NCBI GenBank assembly: GCA_964035545.1
Contig: OZ037769.1
Location: 10,880,633-10,944,632, forward strand
Origin: Bugula neritina
Lineage: Eukaryota > Animalia > Bryozoa
Direction: 5' to 3'
DNA: 64,000 bases
Numbering within the stretch: the first letter of the stretch is position 1; every line of letters starts with the position of its first letter. The position numbers and the translations under genes were made by a program. This document shows positions 13,783 to 25,269 of the stretch, in pieces. The notes under the pieces are model-generated. The model worked only from the letters and a program-made list of their open reading frames with translations. It made no database searches and had not been told where the DNA came from.

Positions 13783-16700
13783 ATGCAGCCCGACAGGCAA
13801 GCAACCAGAACTGGTGGCAGCTCCAGCACCAGGACAACGTCTGGGGGCTCTAGTAGTCTTATGGTTGGTCCGAATTGGAGGGTCGGCAAGAAAATAGGCA
13901 ATGGCAATTTTGGAGAGTTACGACTTGGTAAGTAGAGAGACTGAGAATACAACTAAACTTGATAAAAAAACTCCTGGCAAAATCCCTGGCAGAAAGGGTT
14001 TTTTCTTAAATAGGGCTAAGGACTTATTCAGTCGAGACACAAGACCATTATGACTGGAAGTTCTTCCTAACATCACCAATGGCCTTTGTCCAGGCTTGAA
14101 CTCATGACTTCGTGCTTACTAGGCAAACACTCTAACCCCTAGACCACGGCTGCTCCCTACAACTATATTCGATATGGTCTCTAATTTGTTTGATAATTTG
14201 GTCCCGTAATTGCTGGATTATGGGAATAAATCTGATTCAATGTATAGAATACTGATCCCAGTCACCCACCTACTGCAGCTATATCATTGTAGGGTTGTTG
14301 CTTTGTTGTAGAGCGGTTGCTTTGTTGGGTGGTTGTTTTGTATAGCCCCAATGCAAGAATACAATGCTAACTGGCTCATCCGCACAAAGACTTGCCAGAT
14401 TGTTTATGTAGGCTTATTGTTTTGAATGGTGATAAAGGGAGATTATAATTCATTCAGCCCAGGCTGTGACTTTAATAGCCTCGTTCTATAGTCCTAAATC
14501 AGCTGTTGTTTATGTCAACACTGTTTGATACAGTTGATCACACTACCTACCTACTGGTACCTCTCATTATTAAACAGAACTTCCAACATCTCTAGACTCC
14601 GAAATGAATCTAGCTTCAACTTGACTAGAGCGTTTATTATAGACTGTGTGGTGCAAAAAATATAGTTCTTGTGACCATCAAGTGGTATGGGAATCAGTCC
14701 ATGCACTTCCTATTTATGACTTCCTATTTATGTTCTGCTCTAGTCTCATCACCATGTTGATAATTGCTGACATTGGTATAGGGCTGAAGATGATAAATTA
14801 GCAATGAAATTCCACTAGTGTCATCAAGTGTCATCAAGTGTGATGAGCTATGGGAAGTGTTTAACTTTTAGCTGTGACTTGTGTGGTGCATTGAGGTGTG
14901 GGTGGTCATAGTTACTCTGTAGCTGAAAGGCTAGCAGGAAAAACGGACAACTGGGATCTTGATGTAGCATAGATTATGGATTTTTTATATCACACTAGTT
15001 GAAGTTGTTTTTGTATGCAAGAAGTGCTGGCTTGAGTGCAGGGGTCAGACAAGGGTAGATCAGGTAGAATACGTTGTTTAGTTTAACATAATAAGTTGTG
15101 ATTCAACTCCAGGCTAATAGCATGGTAACATTACTAATTACTTTGTGCCTGAAGGTAACTAATATGCTCACAATATTGACTGCCTTTACAAAAGTTGTAA
15201 TTGACAAAAGAGTAGCCAAGAAAATGGACTAGTTTTGTACAACATTTCAACTGTGTGGCTGTTGTATACCAGCCTGTTTAGTAGTAGCACTGTGTTGCTA
15301 GTTAATGTCATTGTACAGGCTGAAAAACCTCTCTTGTGTTTAGTGTTGTTTCATCTCACAGTTCCTAGAGTGAATATAGCTGGTACCATGTAGTGGTGTA
15401 TGATTATACGGGCATTTCTTGTAACCCAGCAGCCATGCTGCGAATTAGAAATAGACACATCCCAATCATACACGATCTTCTCTGTTACAGGCAAGAACAT
15501 GCATACTAATGAGCACGTGGCCATCAAGTTGGTAAGTACACTGAATGGATGTAGAATTTATCTGATGGCTTACTCACTGCCAACAAGAGTCTGTAACTGC
15601 CTACTGACTGAAATGACAGCTAGGAGTAGAGAGAAAGGGGTTGAAGGGAGGGTGTAGTGAAAGTGGTGTGGTGTTGCATGACTGCAGTGAGAGAGAGATT
15701 GTATTGCACTACATTTACTTACCAGCTGCTATGACTAATTCAAAGTGTGATGTCATATGAAGCTAGGCAGAGGAAGCAACTTTCTAGGTTACACGAAACT
15801 GCTGGTAGCGATTGCAGTCTTCACATTCATTATGAAACTATGTACCACCTAAGAGGGCATACTGTAGGTGGTGCTGCCAATGCTGGGCTATTTTAGTCCA
15901 CAAGATTGTTGCATAAAACCTGCATGTAGGCAGCGTTGAGTCAGCTGCTGGTGTTACTCTGAGCAGTGAGTGAATACTGGCCCAAGGTCAGTATTCCCTA
16001 CTTTAACACCAACTAAAGTACTGTGTGTGTGACATGGTAAGAAGCACTCAACTGAAACTATAACTATAGGTTATAGTTCAATGGTAAGAAGCTGAAATTA
16101 GGTAGGTGCAGTAATGGAGAAATTGAGATGGCCTGTGTTCTAGATTAAAAATGTAGCCTAAGAAGTTATGTTCTCACAAGAATTTCAACCCGCGCCCCAA
16201 ACCAAAATTTGATGAAAGAAAATTAAAAAACTTACGCTATCTCAATTTCTCCACTGCTGCTCCTAAATGTGGGCTTCAATTACTTTCTGCTTACGTATTC
16301 CTTGAGTTATAATTAGAGTATGCATTTCATTTTCTCGCTCTCATTCAGTAATGTTTTCCTGTCTTTCCTCCCACATGAGAACTAAAGCTTTCACACTACA
16401 CTTCTTCTCCATTTCAACCTGTTTTAATGTTTTATATTAGGAGTCAATGAAGTCACGAGCTCCACAACTACATCTAGAATACAAGTTCTACAGACAGCTT
16501 GGAGTTCACGGTATGCCTGAATATCCATTATATCCATATGTATCTCTATACTATATCCGTATATTACTATATCCATATATTACTATATCCATATATTACT
16601 ATACCCATATATTACTATACCCATATGTATCACTGTACTGTATTACTATACTCTATTACTATATCCATATGTGTTACTGTACTGTATTACTATATCCATA

Positions 16701-19700
16701 TATTACTATATCCATATGTATTACTGTATCCATATGTATTACTATACTCTATTACTATATCCATATATTGCTGTACTGTACACTGTATTACTCTATACTC
16801 TATATTCTATTACTGTACTATATTACTGTACTCCATTATTACAATAATATTTTACAGATGGAGTACCTGTTATACATTTCTATGGGCTTTGTGGCAAGCA
16901 CAATGCACTGGTGCTAGAACTACTTGGGCCAAGTTTAGAAGATTTATTTGAGATTTGTGACAGGAAGTTCAGTCTGAAGACGGTACTCATGGTGGCCGTA
17001 CAACTGGTAAGTGTATGAGCATATTTTCTTCTCACCGCCATCACGACACTACTATGGATATTTGATTATGGTTTCTCCCTCCTTTGTAGCTGGACAGAAT
17101 GGAGTACGTGCACTCTAAGAACCTCATATACAGAGATGTGAAGCCTGAGAACTTTCTGATTGGGCGCCAGTCTACGAGACGGAATCATAAAATACACATC
17201 ATAGACTTTGGACTGGCCAAGGAGTACGTCGACCCTGACACCAAGAAGCATATTCCATTCAAGGAGAACAAGAGTCTGACTGGAACAGCTCGTTACATGA
17301 GCATCGGCACTCACCTGGGCAGAGGTAGGCTCTCAACACCTGTGCTAGTTCATACAGCAACACCTGTGGTAGTTTATACAGCAACACCTGTGGTAGTTCA
17401 TACAGCAACACCTGTGGTAGTTTATACAGCAACACATGTAGTAGTTTATACAGCAACACCTGTGGTAGTTTATACAGCAATACCTGTGGTAGTTTATACA
17501 GCAACACCTGTGGTAGTTTATACAGCAACACCTGTGGTAGTTTATACAGCAACACATATGGTAGTTTATACAGCAATACATGTGGTAGTTTATACAGCAA
17601 CACCTGTGGTAGTTTATACAGCAACACCTGTGGTAGTTTATACAGCAACACCTGTGGTAGTTTATACAGCAACACCTGTGGTAGTTTATACAGCAACACC
17701 TGTGGTAGTTTATACAGCAACACCTGTGGTAGTTTATACAGCAACACCTGTGGTAGTTTATACAGCAACACCTGTGGTAGTTTATACAGCAACTCCTGTG
17801 GTAGTTTATACACCTGTAATAACTCTTTATAATATTATACTTTCTTGATGTCATTCTACTCTTCTATTTCCCTTTTCTGACATTGTGTAATGAGGGGTAG
17901 ATGGGCAAGTTTGGGCATGTTTAGTTTTAAGCATCACCATTAAGTATATAATTGCAATATACAGCATGTGTTACTGTTCACTTACCTGATGGGCTAGTCA
18001 GCTACAGTGTCACAGCATGAGGTCTCAGCATAGTGCACCACCAGGTTCAAACCCCTTAGAGCTCCAGGTCATTGCTTACCTCACTAGATTCTAAGTCTAT
18101 TTATAGACTCTATTTCTTTTCACCAAGTGGCTGTTGAATGCTGGGGTTGGGGTTAATGGAGATTGAAAAGTCTTGAAATTAATTAGAAGATTATAGCTGG
18201 AGGCATGGATTATACAAGATGATGTGCAGTTAGAATTCTCCTTGACATTTGTAATTAGACTACGCTAGTGACTGTACGAAAAACAATGATAAGTTTCAGA
18301 ATATTGAGTGTCAAGTAGAGTTTACACTTCCTAACTACTAACTAGATTGTAAACTAGCGTGAATAGGCTACTTGTGGCCCCAGGATCTAATATGACAGGA
18401 GCAACGACTCCTAATCTTTGCCCTACCTTTGCAGGCTGCAATCATGTTTCTTTATTTCATTTGTAAAAAAACAGATTCAAATGGACAACAACTCATCAGA
18501 TGGAAGTGTTTTAGTAGAGACTAGTGAGCCAACAACTTTATATTTGAAAGCTTAAAGTTTGGCTGATTTAATATTGATTAATGGCAAGATAAAAATAGCC
18601 ACTCTGTTCATTTTCAAATTCAAGTAATGGATGTTTTAAATTATTTATTCTATGAAAGCAATACCTTGTATACATAGAAAGATTTTAATTTCTCTATTTT
18701 AAATATAACCCCGACTGCAGTCCTATCCTAAAGCTTGTGATACCAAATGGGTTCTCGACTAGTACTAGTTGTGTGCTGCAGTTCTTCCTGCATGTATGTA
18801 GATGGTGCAACTAATCTATATTATCAGCTAATGAAAATGTTTACAAATGAGATTGGTTACTGTGTGCTAAGTTACATTGACTGCAGTTTTACCTGCATAG
18901 TTTCAGTTTTACCTGCATAGTTTCAGTTTTCATCATGCTTGCGCAATAATTATTAATGTATAATGTTGAAAACGAGCTGTCCTAAATGTAAACATATAAA
19001 CTTTTCCTTCACAGTGCACGTGCACCAACACTTGCGTCACTATGGGGAGCAATATAGATATACAACTACTTCTAGACTGACATCAAACTGCATAAACAAT
19101 ATTTCTGAAATCCCTAAGTGTTGGTAAAAGAAGGGAATTTGTGTAGTTAATTATGCTAGTGTTTTTTGGTAGATTTCAAAATGAAGAATGCATACATTTT
19201 CTTATGCAGTTCTCATTTGAGGGGCAAATAACTTCTTGGAGTCAGTAAATTTATTGGTTGATTAGGTTAACTTATTTTTTATTTGCATTCTTACTATCAA
19301 TTGAAATAACTTTGTTAGTTGCAGTTAGTAATTCTTTCTAGTAGCAAACAAGTTATAGCCGAGAAATACAGTTCTCAACTGTTAGATTTTTCTTAAAATA
19401 CTATTTCCTATCTTTATTATAGAGTTTTGCTTGATGGTTTGTTTACATAATGTTTATAATATCAGTGCTTAATAATACTAATTGAATTTAATATGCTGTT
19501 TGATTCTGCCAGTATAATTATACGATAACTATAATTAATATTATCATTATAAACTAACTAATATAAATTAACTGTTGCTAGTAGTAAGGAGTGTTGTCAG
19601 ATTAATATTATATACGTGATTTATTGCTTCAAATTTAAGTTCCTAGTGGTGATAGAATAAGGGTGTGTTTGTACCATCATAATTTTTATTCAAAATGTTA

Positions 19701-22700
19701 ATGGGTGGGATAATTTCCTCAGTTTTCTTGCATAATAAAATCAGTTGGTCAAACTTATCTTGTGCGCATTTCACATCATTTGCTCTATTTTTGTTAATAT
19801 ACCAAACTGATTTTTGGTGACAACAGCTGGAACCTAAGGAAACCTTCAGTGTGTGGGTGTGATGGAAGTACTGAAATTATGCACTGTAAGCAGAAATATT
19901 AGTTCTAACTTTCTCCGGTATCTGCAGTCATGTGTTATATACATTCTACTGCTGCAGTTAGTTTTAGCCAATTATGTGTAATTATTGCTACTAATACTGC
20001 TAACATCAAGAGGTTACTCAGTCTATTACTGCGTCCTCTGCAACTAGTAGTCTGTTATGATTATGTAACCAATACTGGTATAAGTAACTCTTATCTTTCC
20101 CTATTCTCTAATATCTAGTGACTACACAATCGCCATGTCTCCACACCAGGGAAGGGCAGTCCTAGCTGAAAGCTCTAATGCGTGGGCATTGCGATGCAGT
20201 TTTTGTGGTTTATATAAGTACTGTGTAATATGCTGCATACTGCACTGAATATACTAAATGCGAGTGATCACATTGACGTACTTATGTTGCTGTGCTGCAT
20301 CTAACAATACAACATGTCTACTGTTTGCAGAACAAAGCAGACGGGATGATTTAGAAGCCTTGGGTCACATGTTTATGTACTTCCTAAGGGGAAGTCTCCC
20401 TTGGCAAGGGCTAAAAGCTGACACATTGAAAGAAAGATACCAGAAGATTGGCGACACGAAACGAGAAACTTCAGTAGAAGTGTTATGTGAAGGTTTCCCA
20501 GGTATGGCTGCAGCTGTGCTAACAGCAACAGCTGTTATATGTACCACTCCAACTCCAATACAGTTCCATGTTTCCTACTCTGTGCTTATGTCAACTGGTT
20601 TGTGGCAGAGATCAACTTGGCTGACAGTTTTACTCCTTTTCCTTCTCATACTGTGACCAGCTTGCTATGTTTCGCCCACACATCCTTCAGTCACTAGAAA
20701 TGGGTCAGTCACAGTCATTTAGGAGTTATGTGCTTTTTTGACAGTGACCTCTTTTGACTTCCATTGATGGTTTTCAGATTATACATGGTCAACCAAGGGG
20801 CAATAAATCAATGTTCTAACTTCTAAGAAATAAAACCAAAGCTGCAATTGCCAAAGTTGCACATAATAGTCATGCCATCACAGTAATAAATCCCTGTCCA
20901 TTCAATCACAGTAATAAATCTCTAACCACTCAGTCAGTAAAACTCACATTCTCTCAACGTATTTGATCCACTGCCTGTATTAATTATTCAAGTCCCAAGA
21001 GTTGAAACAGCACAGGGATGTGGTTTACCAATCACATGTTCTGGCTGTTAGTGAAAGCTGATTGTCATCTCCATTCTGTCACACAGTCTCTGTCACCAGT
21101 TATCTATTCCTACACATTTGCTTTAGAAGTTATCCTCTCATTAGCCTTAGAAATGTTTCTACACCAGATAGCCTATGAAAACTTAGTCAAAGTCCCCTAT
21201 ATACGTGATTAATGTTGCTTTCCAACCTGTTAGCATGCTGGTATCATGTCTAACTCTAGCTCTTGTGATGCTCAGTGTCTAACAGTGAGTAGGTGTTGAA
21301 GGATCTGGTGGGTAATGAAGGATGCTGGTGATTTTCATCATATGAATTATTAATTCTCTCCATATATATACATGCATCAACTGCCCTTTAAATGTTAGTA
21401 TAATACCACTGACCTTTTATAACATAATAGCCAAGTACCATGGCAACCACTTAAAACTGAAGGAAGCATTGTGTTTGTTTCATTCAGTGATTTCATGATA
21501 TTATCTATACTAACAGTTGCTGTGTGCTGTGTTGTTTGTATGTAGGTGGTACTTACCCAACATTTTCTGCTACAATACTAATGTGGCCATCCATCACTTG
21601 AGATAGATTTAGTTGCATAAATTTGAAATATGCTGAACTGCCTAAATATATTTGTCTTGAGAATATAACTTTCTTGTTTTCATGTTATCCCAAAGTTGCA
21701 CCTATCTGTCGTTAGAAAACTTGACAGCTTGAGTTATATTGCTGATTGAAATATTTGATGCATTAAAACTGTTTGAATTTTGATATAGCACACATGTCTA
21801 TCCTATCCCTGTCAGTATAACATTGTTCGGTATTTATCTCATCTCTTTTAGTCTACCTATGTGGAGTTGCCAGCCCTTTGTGTAAGCCTAGCAGGACAAG
21901 AAACTAATGTTTAGAGTTTACTTTACATCTTCAATAGTCACTATGTTCACCACCTGTAGAGTTGTCTCTCATGAGCCCTTAGAAACTTCTTCACTCAGTA
22001 GCCTCAGTTCATTATGCTCTGTACATGTTTTAGAGGAGTTTGCTACTTATATCCGCTATGCTAGACGTCTGAATTTCTTTGAGAAACCCGACTATGAATA
22101 TCTGAGGAAGCTGTTCACAGATTTGATGTCTGCTGAGAAGATGACGTGTGACTGGCACTTTGACTGGGTGGACCGACAGGTATCTGCAAGTTCCTGCTTG
22201 GTGTCAGTCAACCTTTTCTATCTCTGCAATGGTGGTGACTGTTATTGGGAATACTTTGCCTGCATTGTTTTAGAAAGGATGGCATAAGCCATGGTTGAAC
22301 TAAAACCATACATAAATTCAATAGAAAGACAATTAACACACTTCTGTACAGCTTTCTATCAAGGAACTGTTTGCTGAACAGCTTTTAATTTTAATCTGAA
22401 CCACAAAATATTTACTATGAATTGTGCTTTGAAAGAAAAGACAATTCCGAGTATTTGTAAAGAGACTCTAATATTAAGGTTGTTTGCGCTTGTTCCAGTT
22501 TCACAGTTATCCTCTCACTTAATTAATTACCAACCATAGCTTAGCTCACACACACATTAACAGACCTAGAGAGAGGTCTGTAGGCAGGAATATAATGTTG
22601 TTATCTGGAAGATATTCTAGTAGTATCATCAGTGTGTAACATGCTATTTGCTTGAATTCTCATTTTATGGATTGTGTGATTATTTGTAGCAGCAGACCAA

Positions 22701-24197
22701 CAACTCTAGTTCTGACCACAGCTCCAGACCTACTATTCCTGGCCCTCGGGTATGCTATTCGTATGCTATACTGTGTACTGTGTAGTATACTATTATTGGC
22801 CCTCGGGTATGCTATTCGTATGATATACTGTGTAATATACTGTGTAATATACTGTGTAATTACACATATTACACATATTATAATATACTGTGTAATATAC
22901 TGTGTACTGTATAATATACTGTATAATATACTGTATACTGTATAATATACTGTATACTGTATAATATACTGTGTACCAGGGTTGGGGTCAATTACATGTG
23001 AATGTAATTAATTACAATTACAATTACATGATAATTTGTCAATTACAATTACAATTATAATTACAGTCAAATAGTAATGTAATTAATTACAATTACAATT
23101 AAATGGCAATGTAATTAATTACAATTACAATTACTTTTGTTCTTGCAAGAGATAAATAGAAGTTATGCAATTTCACTTCTAGGGTCCAACTAGCAGGGGC
23201 AATTTTGACAGTGCTGAACCTCCTTTGTACTCAACAGTAATACTATACCACATTGACAATTAATCTGAATTTATTATTTAAGGTATGGTAGGAAAAGTAT
23301 GAAACTTTTAGGATTTCAAAGTTTGAAGTAATTGACATGTAATTATAAAGTAATTGTAAAAATCAATTACATTAAATATGTAATTAATTACAATTACAAA
23401 TACAATTACATTTTTATACATCAATTACAAATTACATTCAATTACTTGAAAAAATGTAATTAATTACAACCAATTACAATTACAAATTACAATTACCCCA
23501 ACCCTGCTGTGTACTGTATAATAATATACTGTGTATACTGTATATATTCTGTGTATACTGTATAGTAATATACTGTGACACTGTATAATAATATACTGTG
23601 ACCCTGCAGGCTGGAGACAGCCGAGCACTGAATTCTGCCAACAATGCTTCTCGGGATCCATTGGCTCCCAGACCTGTTATCAGAGAGCCGGATGAAGCTA
23701 CAACGTATGTGTAGTATTACCTTGCCACACTGGTTACTTGTAGTATACTAGTAGTATGTGTAGTATTACCTTGCCACACTGGTTACTTGTAGTATACTAG
23801 TAGTATGTGTAGTATTACCTTGCCACACTGGTTACTTGTAGTATACTAGTAGTATGTGTAGTATTACCTTGCCACACTGGTTACTTGTATATTAGTAGTA
23901 TGTGTAGTATTACCTTGCCACACTGGTTACTTGTAGTATATTCATAGTATGTGTAGTATTACCTTGCCACACTGATTACTTGTAGTTTACTTGTAGTATG
24001 TAAGTGTACAGTAGCGTGTGTACTTCTAGTGTTTAGGTAAAGAAAGTAAAAAGAAATTAGGAATACCCTTTTTGTTTTCACATTAAATTATATAATCGCG
24101 TATGAACTTATTGTATATTTATAGATGCTGTTTCTTTAAAAGAAGATTCAGACCTGATACACCTGCTGCGGTGCGGACACAGCGAGGCACTTCATAA
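13783..24197 (+). CDS. CSNK1G: Casein kinase 1 gamma (gilgamesh-like), 10 coding exons
   Basis: Exons 13783-13927 ([24 protein letters not shown]), 15491-15531 (HVAIKL), 16441-16510 ([11 protein letters not shown]), 16858-17006 ([10 protein letters not shown]), 17090-17324 ([26 protein letters not shown]), 20331-20501 ([16 protein letters not shown]), 22034-22179 (FDW), 22690-22749, 23610-23704, 24125-24197 (CCFFKRR, the gamma-type Cys tail). All introns are GT-AG and in phase. Confidence 0.96.
13956..14157 (-). mobile_element. tRNA-derived SINE, copy 2 (antisense, in a CK1-gamma intron)
   Basis: Minus strand reads GGGAGCAGCCGTGGTCTAGGGGTTAGAGTGTTTGCCTAGTAAG...AAAGGCCATTGGTGATGTTAGGAAG. Flanking direct repeat TACAACTA at 13948-13955 and 14158-14165. 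Confidence 0.88.
16104..16264. mobile_element. ~160-bp MITE (AGG-initiated TIRs), copy 1
   Basis: TIRs AGGTGCAGTAATGGAGAAATTGAGAT and ATCTCAATTTCTCCACTGCTGCTCCT. Full-length homologue at 41803-41962. Confidence 0.8.
16521..16845. repeat. Degenerate minisatellite filling a CK1-gamma intron
   Basis: Repeated TATCCATATATTACTA(C/T) variants occupy nearly all of intron 16511-16857. Confidence 0.8.
17333..17816. repeat. 24-bp minisatellite (~20 copies)
   Basis: Unit CAACACCTGTGGTAGTTTATACAG. Starts 8 nt after the donor at 17325. Confidence 0.95.
22977..23506. mobile_element. Non-autonomous hAT-type MITE, 530 bp
   Basis: TIRs CAGGGTTGGGGT and ACCCCAACCCTG. 8-bp TSD CTGTGTAC at 22969-22976 and 23507-23514. 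Subterminal CAATTA arrays. Inserted in a TATACTG-type satellite. Confidence 0.92.
23705..24005. repeat. 49-bp minisatellite (6 copies) beginning at intron position +1
   Basis: Unit GTATGTGTAGTATTACCTTGCCACACTGGTTACTTGTAGTATACTAGTA. The first unit starts at the GTATGT donor. Confidence 0.93.
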
Positions 24198-25269
24198 AAT
24201 TGGCTGGCCAATCACGCAGTGCTTCTTGAATAGTTCTGTACCGACTTTCAAACCAAAGGCATCATCTCCACATACACATTATAGAGGACTAGTTAACTGT
24301 CAGAGATAGCTCAAAGCTACAAGACTAACCACTGGATGGGGGGGGGGTATGCTCCCCCAACCCAACTCTTTATTGTCTTATATGACTTGCCACATCAAGC
24401 AGTAGTTGGCTGTTTGAAGCAGTGCCTGGCACTGTGCTGCATACTGCCCTCTCACAGCCCAACCACTTGAAATAAACACTAACCAGTGCACTTTTGCTTA
24501 TTAGGTGTAAATATTTGTCTTGCAATTTGTGTTCTTAAATGTTTATTATGATATTGTTTCTATAGTTATGAAGATAATAACCATCATTCTCACAGTACCA
24601 AATTTATTTCATTGTCTCCTACTTTTACCGTAACTTATGCAGTTATTTTTGCAGTTGCGTTTTCTTTAATTTTCTTTTTTATCCACAGTACAGAGTCTCT
24701 TGTACACTGCAACTACAAGTACTTGAGCTTCTCAATTTCAAGTACATCATATCTTTCTGGCATGTCGATATTCTGTTGAGTGGACTTGAGGTTAATTTGA
24801 TTTATTGACACTTCTCATACTGACTCTTATAATACTAATAGTTGCTTTCTTATATTTATGTATGCAGTCATAGTTGAAATAAAGTATTGTATTACTTGAA
24901 ATTTATTTATTATATGAATACAAAAATATGACAAAATTTGTGTTGATTTTTCACTTTTTCGTTGGATTATAAACACAATTTATGAGTTAACCAGAGAAAG
25001 GTTTTTATTTCTCCAAAGTGTAGAAATGGACTTCACTGTTCTAGATGAGTCATGCTATCCGCTAACTTACACTACACACTAGATGAAACGTTGCACTGTT
25101 CACCATTATAATATTCCTATTACTTTCTACACACAGTCAACCAAGACCATAATGCTGTGTAACGACTGAGCAGAGTAAATATTATAGAAACTAGTAGCCA
25201 ATGCTTTGGCATACAATCTCACCAAAGCTACACTATCTAGAGTCTAGACTATATGTCCAGGAGTGCTTA

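Noticed and set aside
17325-17854. Long repetitive ORFs (TATPVVVY / YKLPQVLL / CCCINYHR) extending the kinase exon
   Set aside because: They come from a stop-free 24-bp intronic minisatellite. The kinase splices at 17324 to EQSRRDD at 20331.
23705-24005. CRISPR-like appearance of the tandem arrays (also 17333 and 55373)
   Set aside because: Head-to-tail units without unique spacers, no cas genes, and a eukaryotic intron context.
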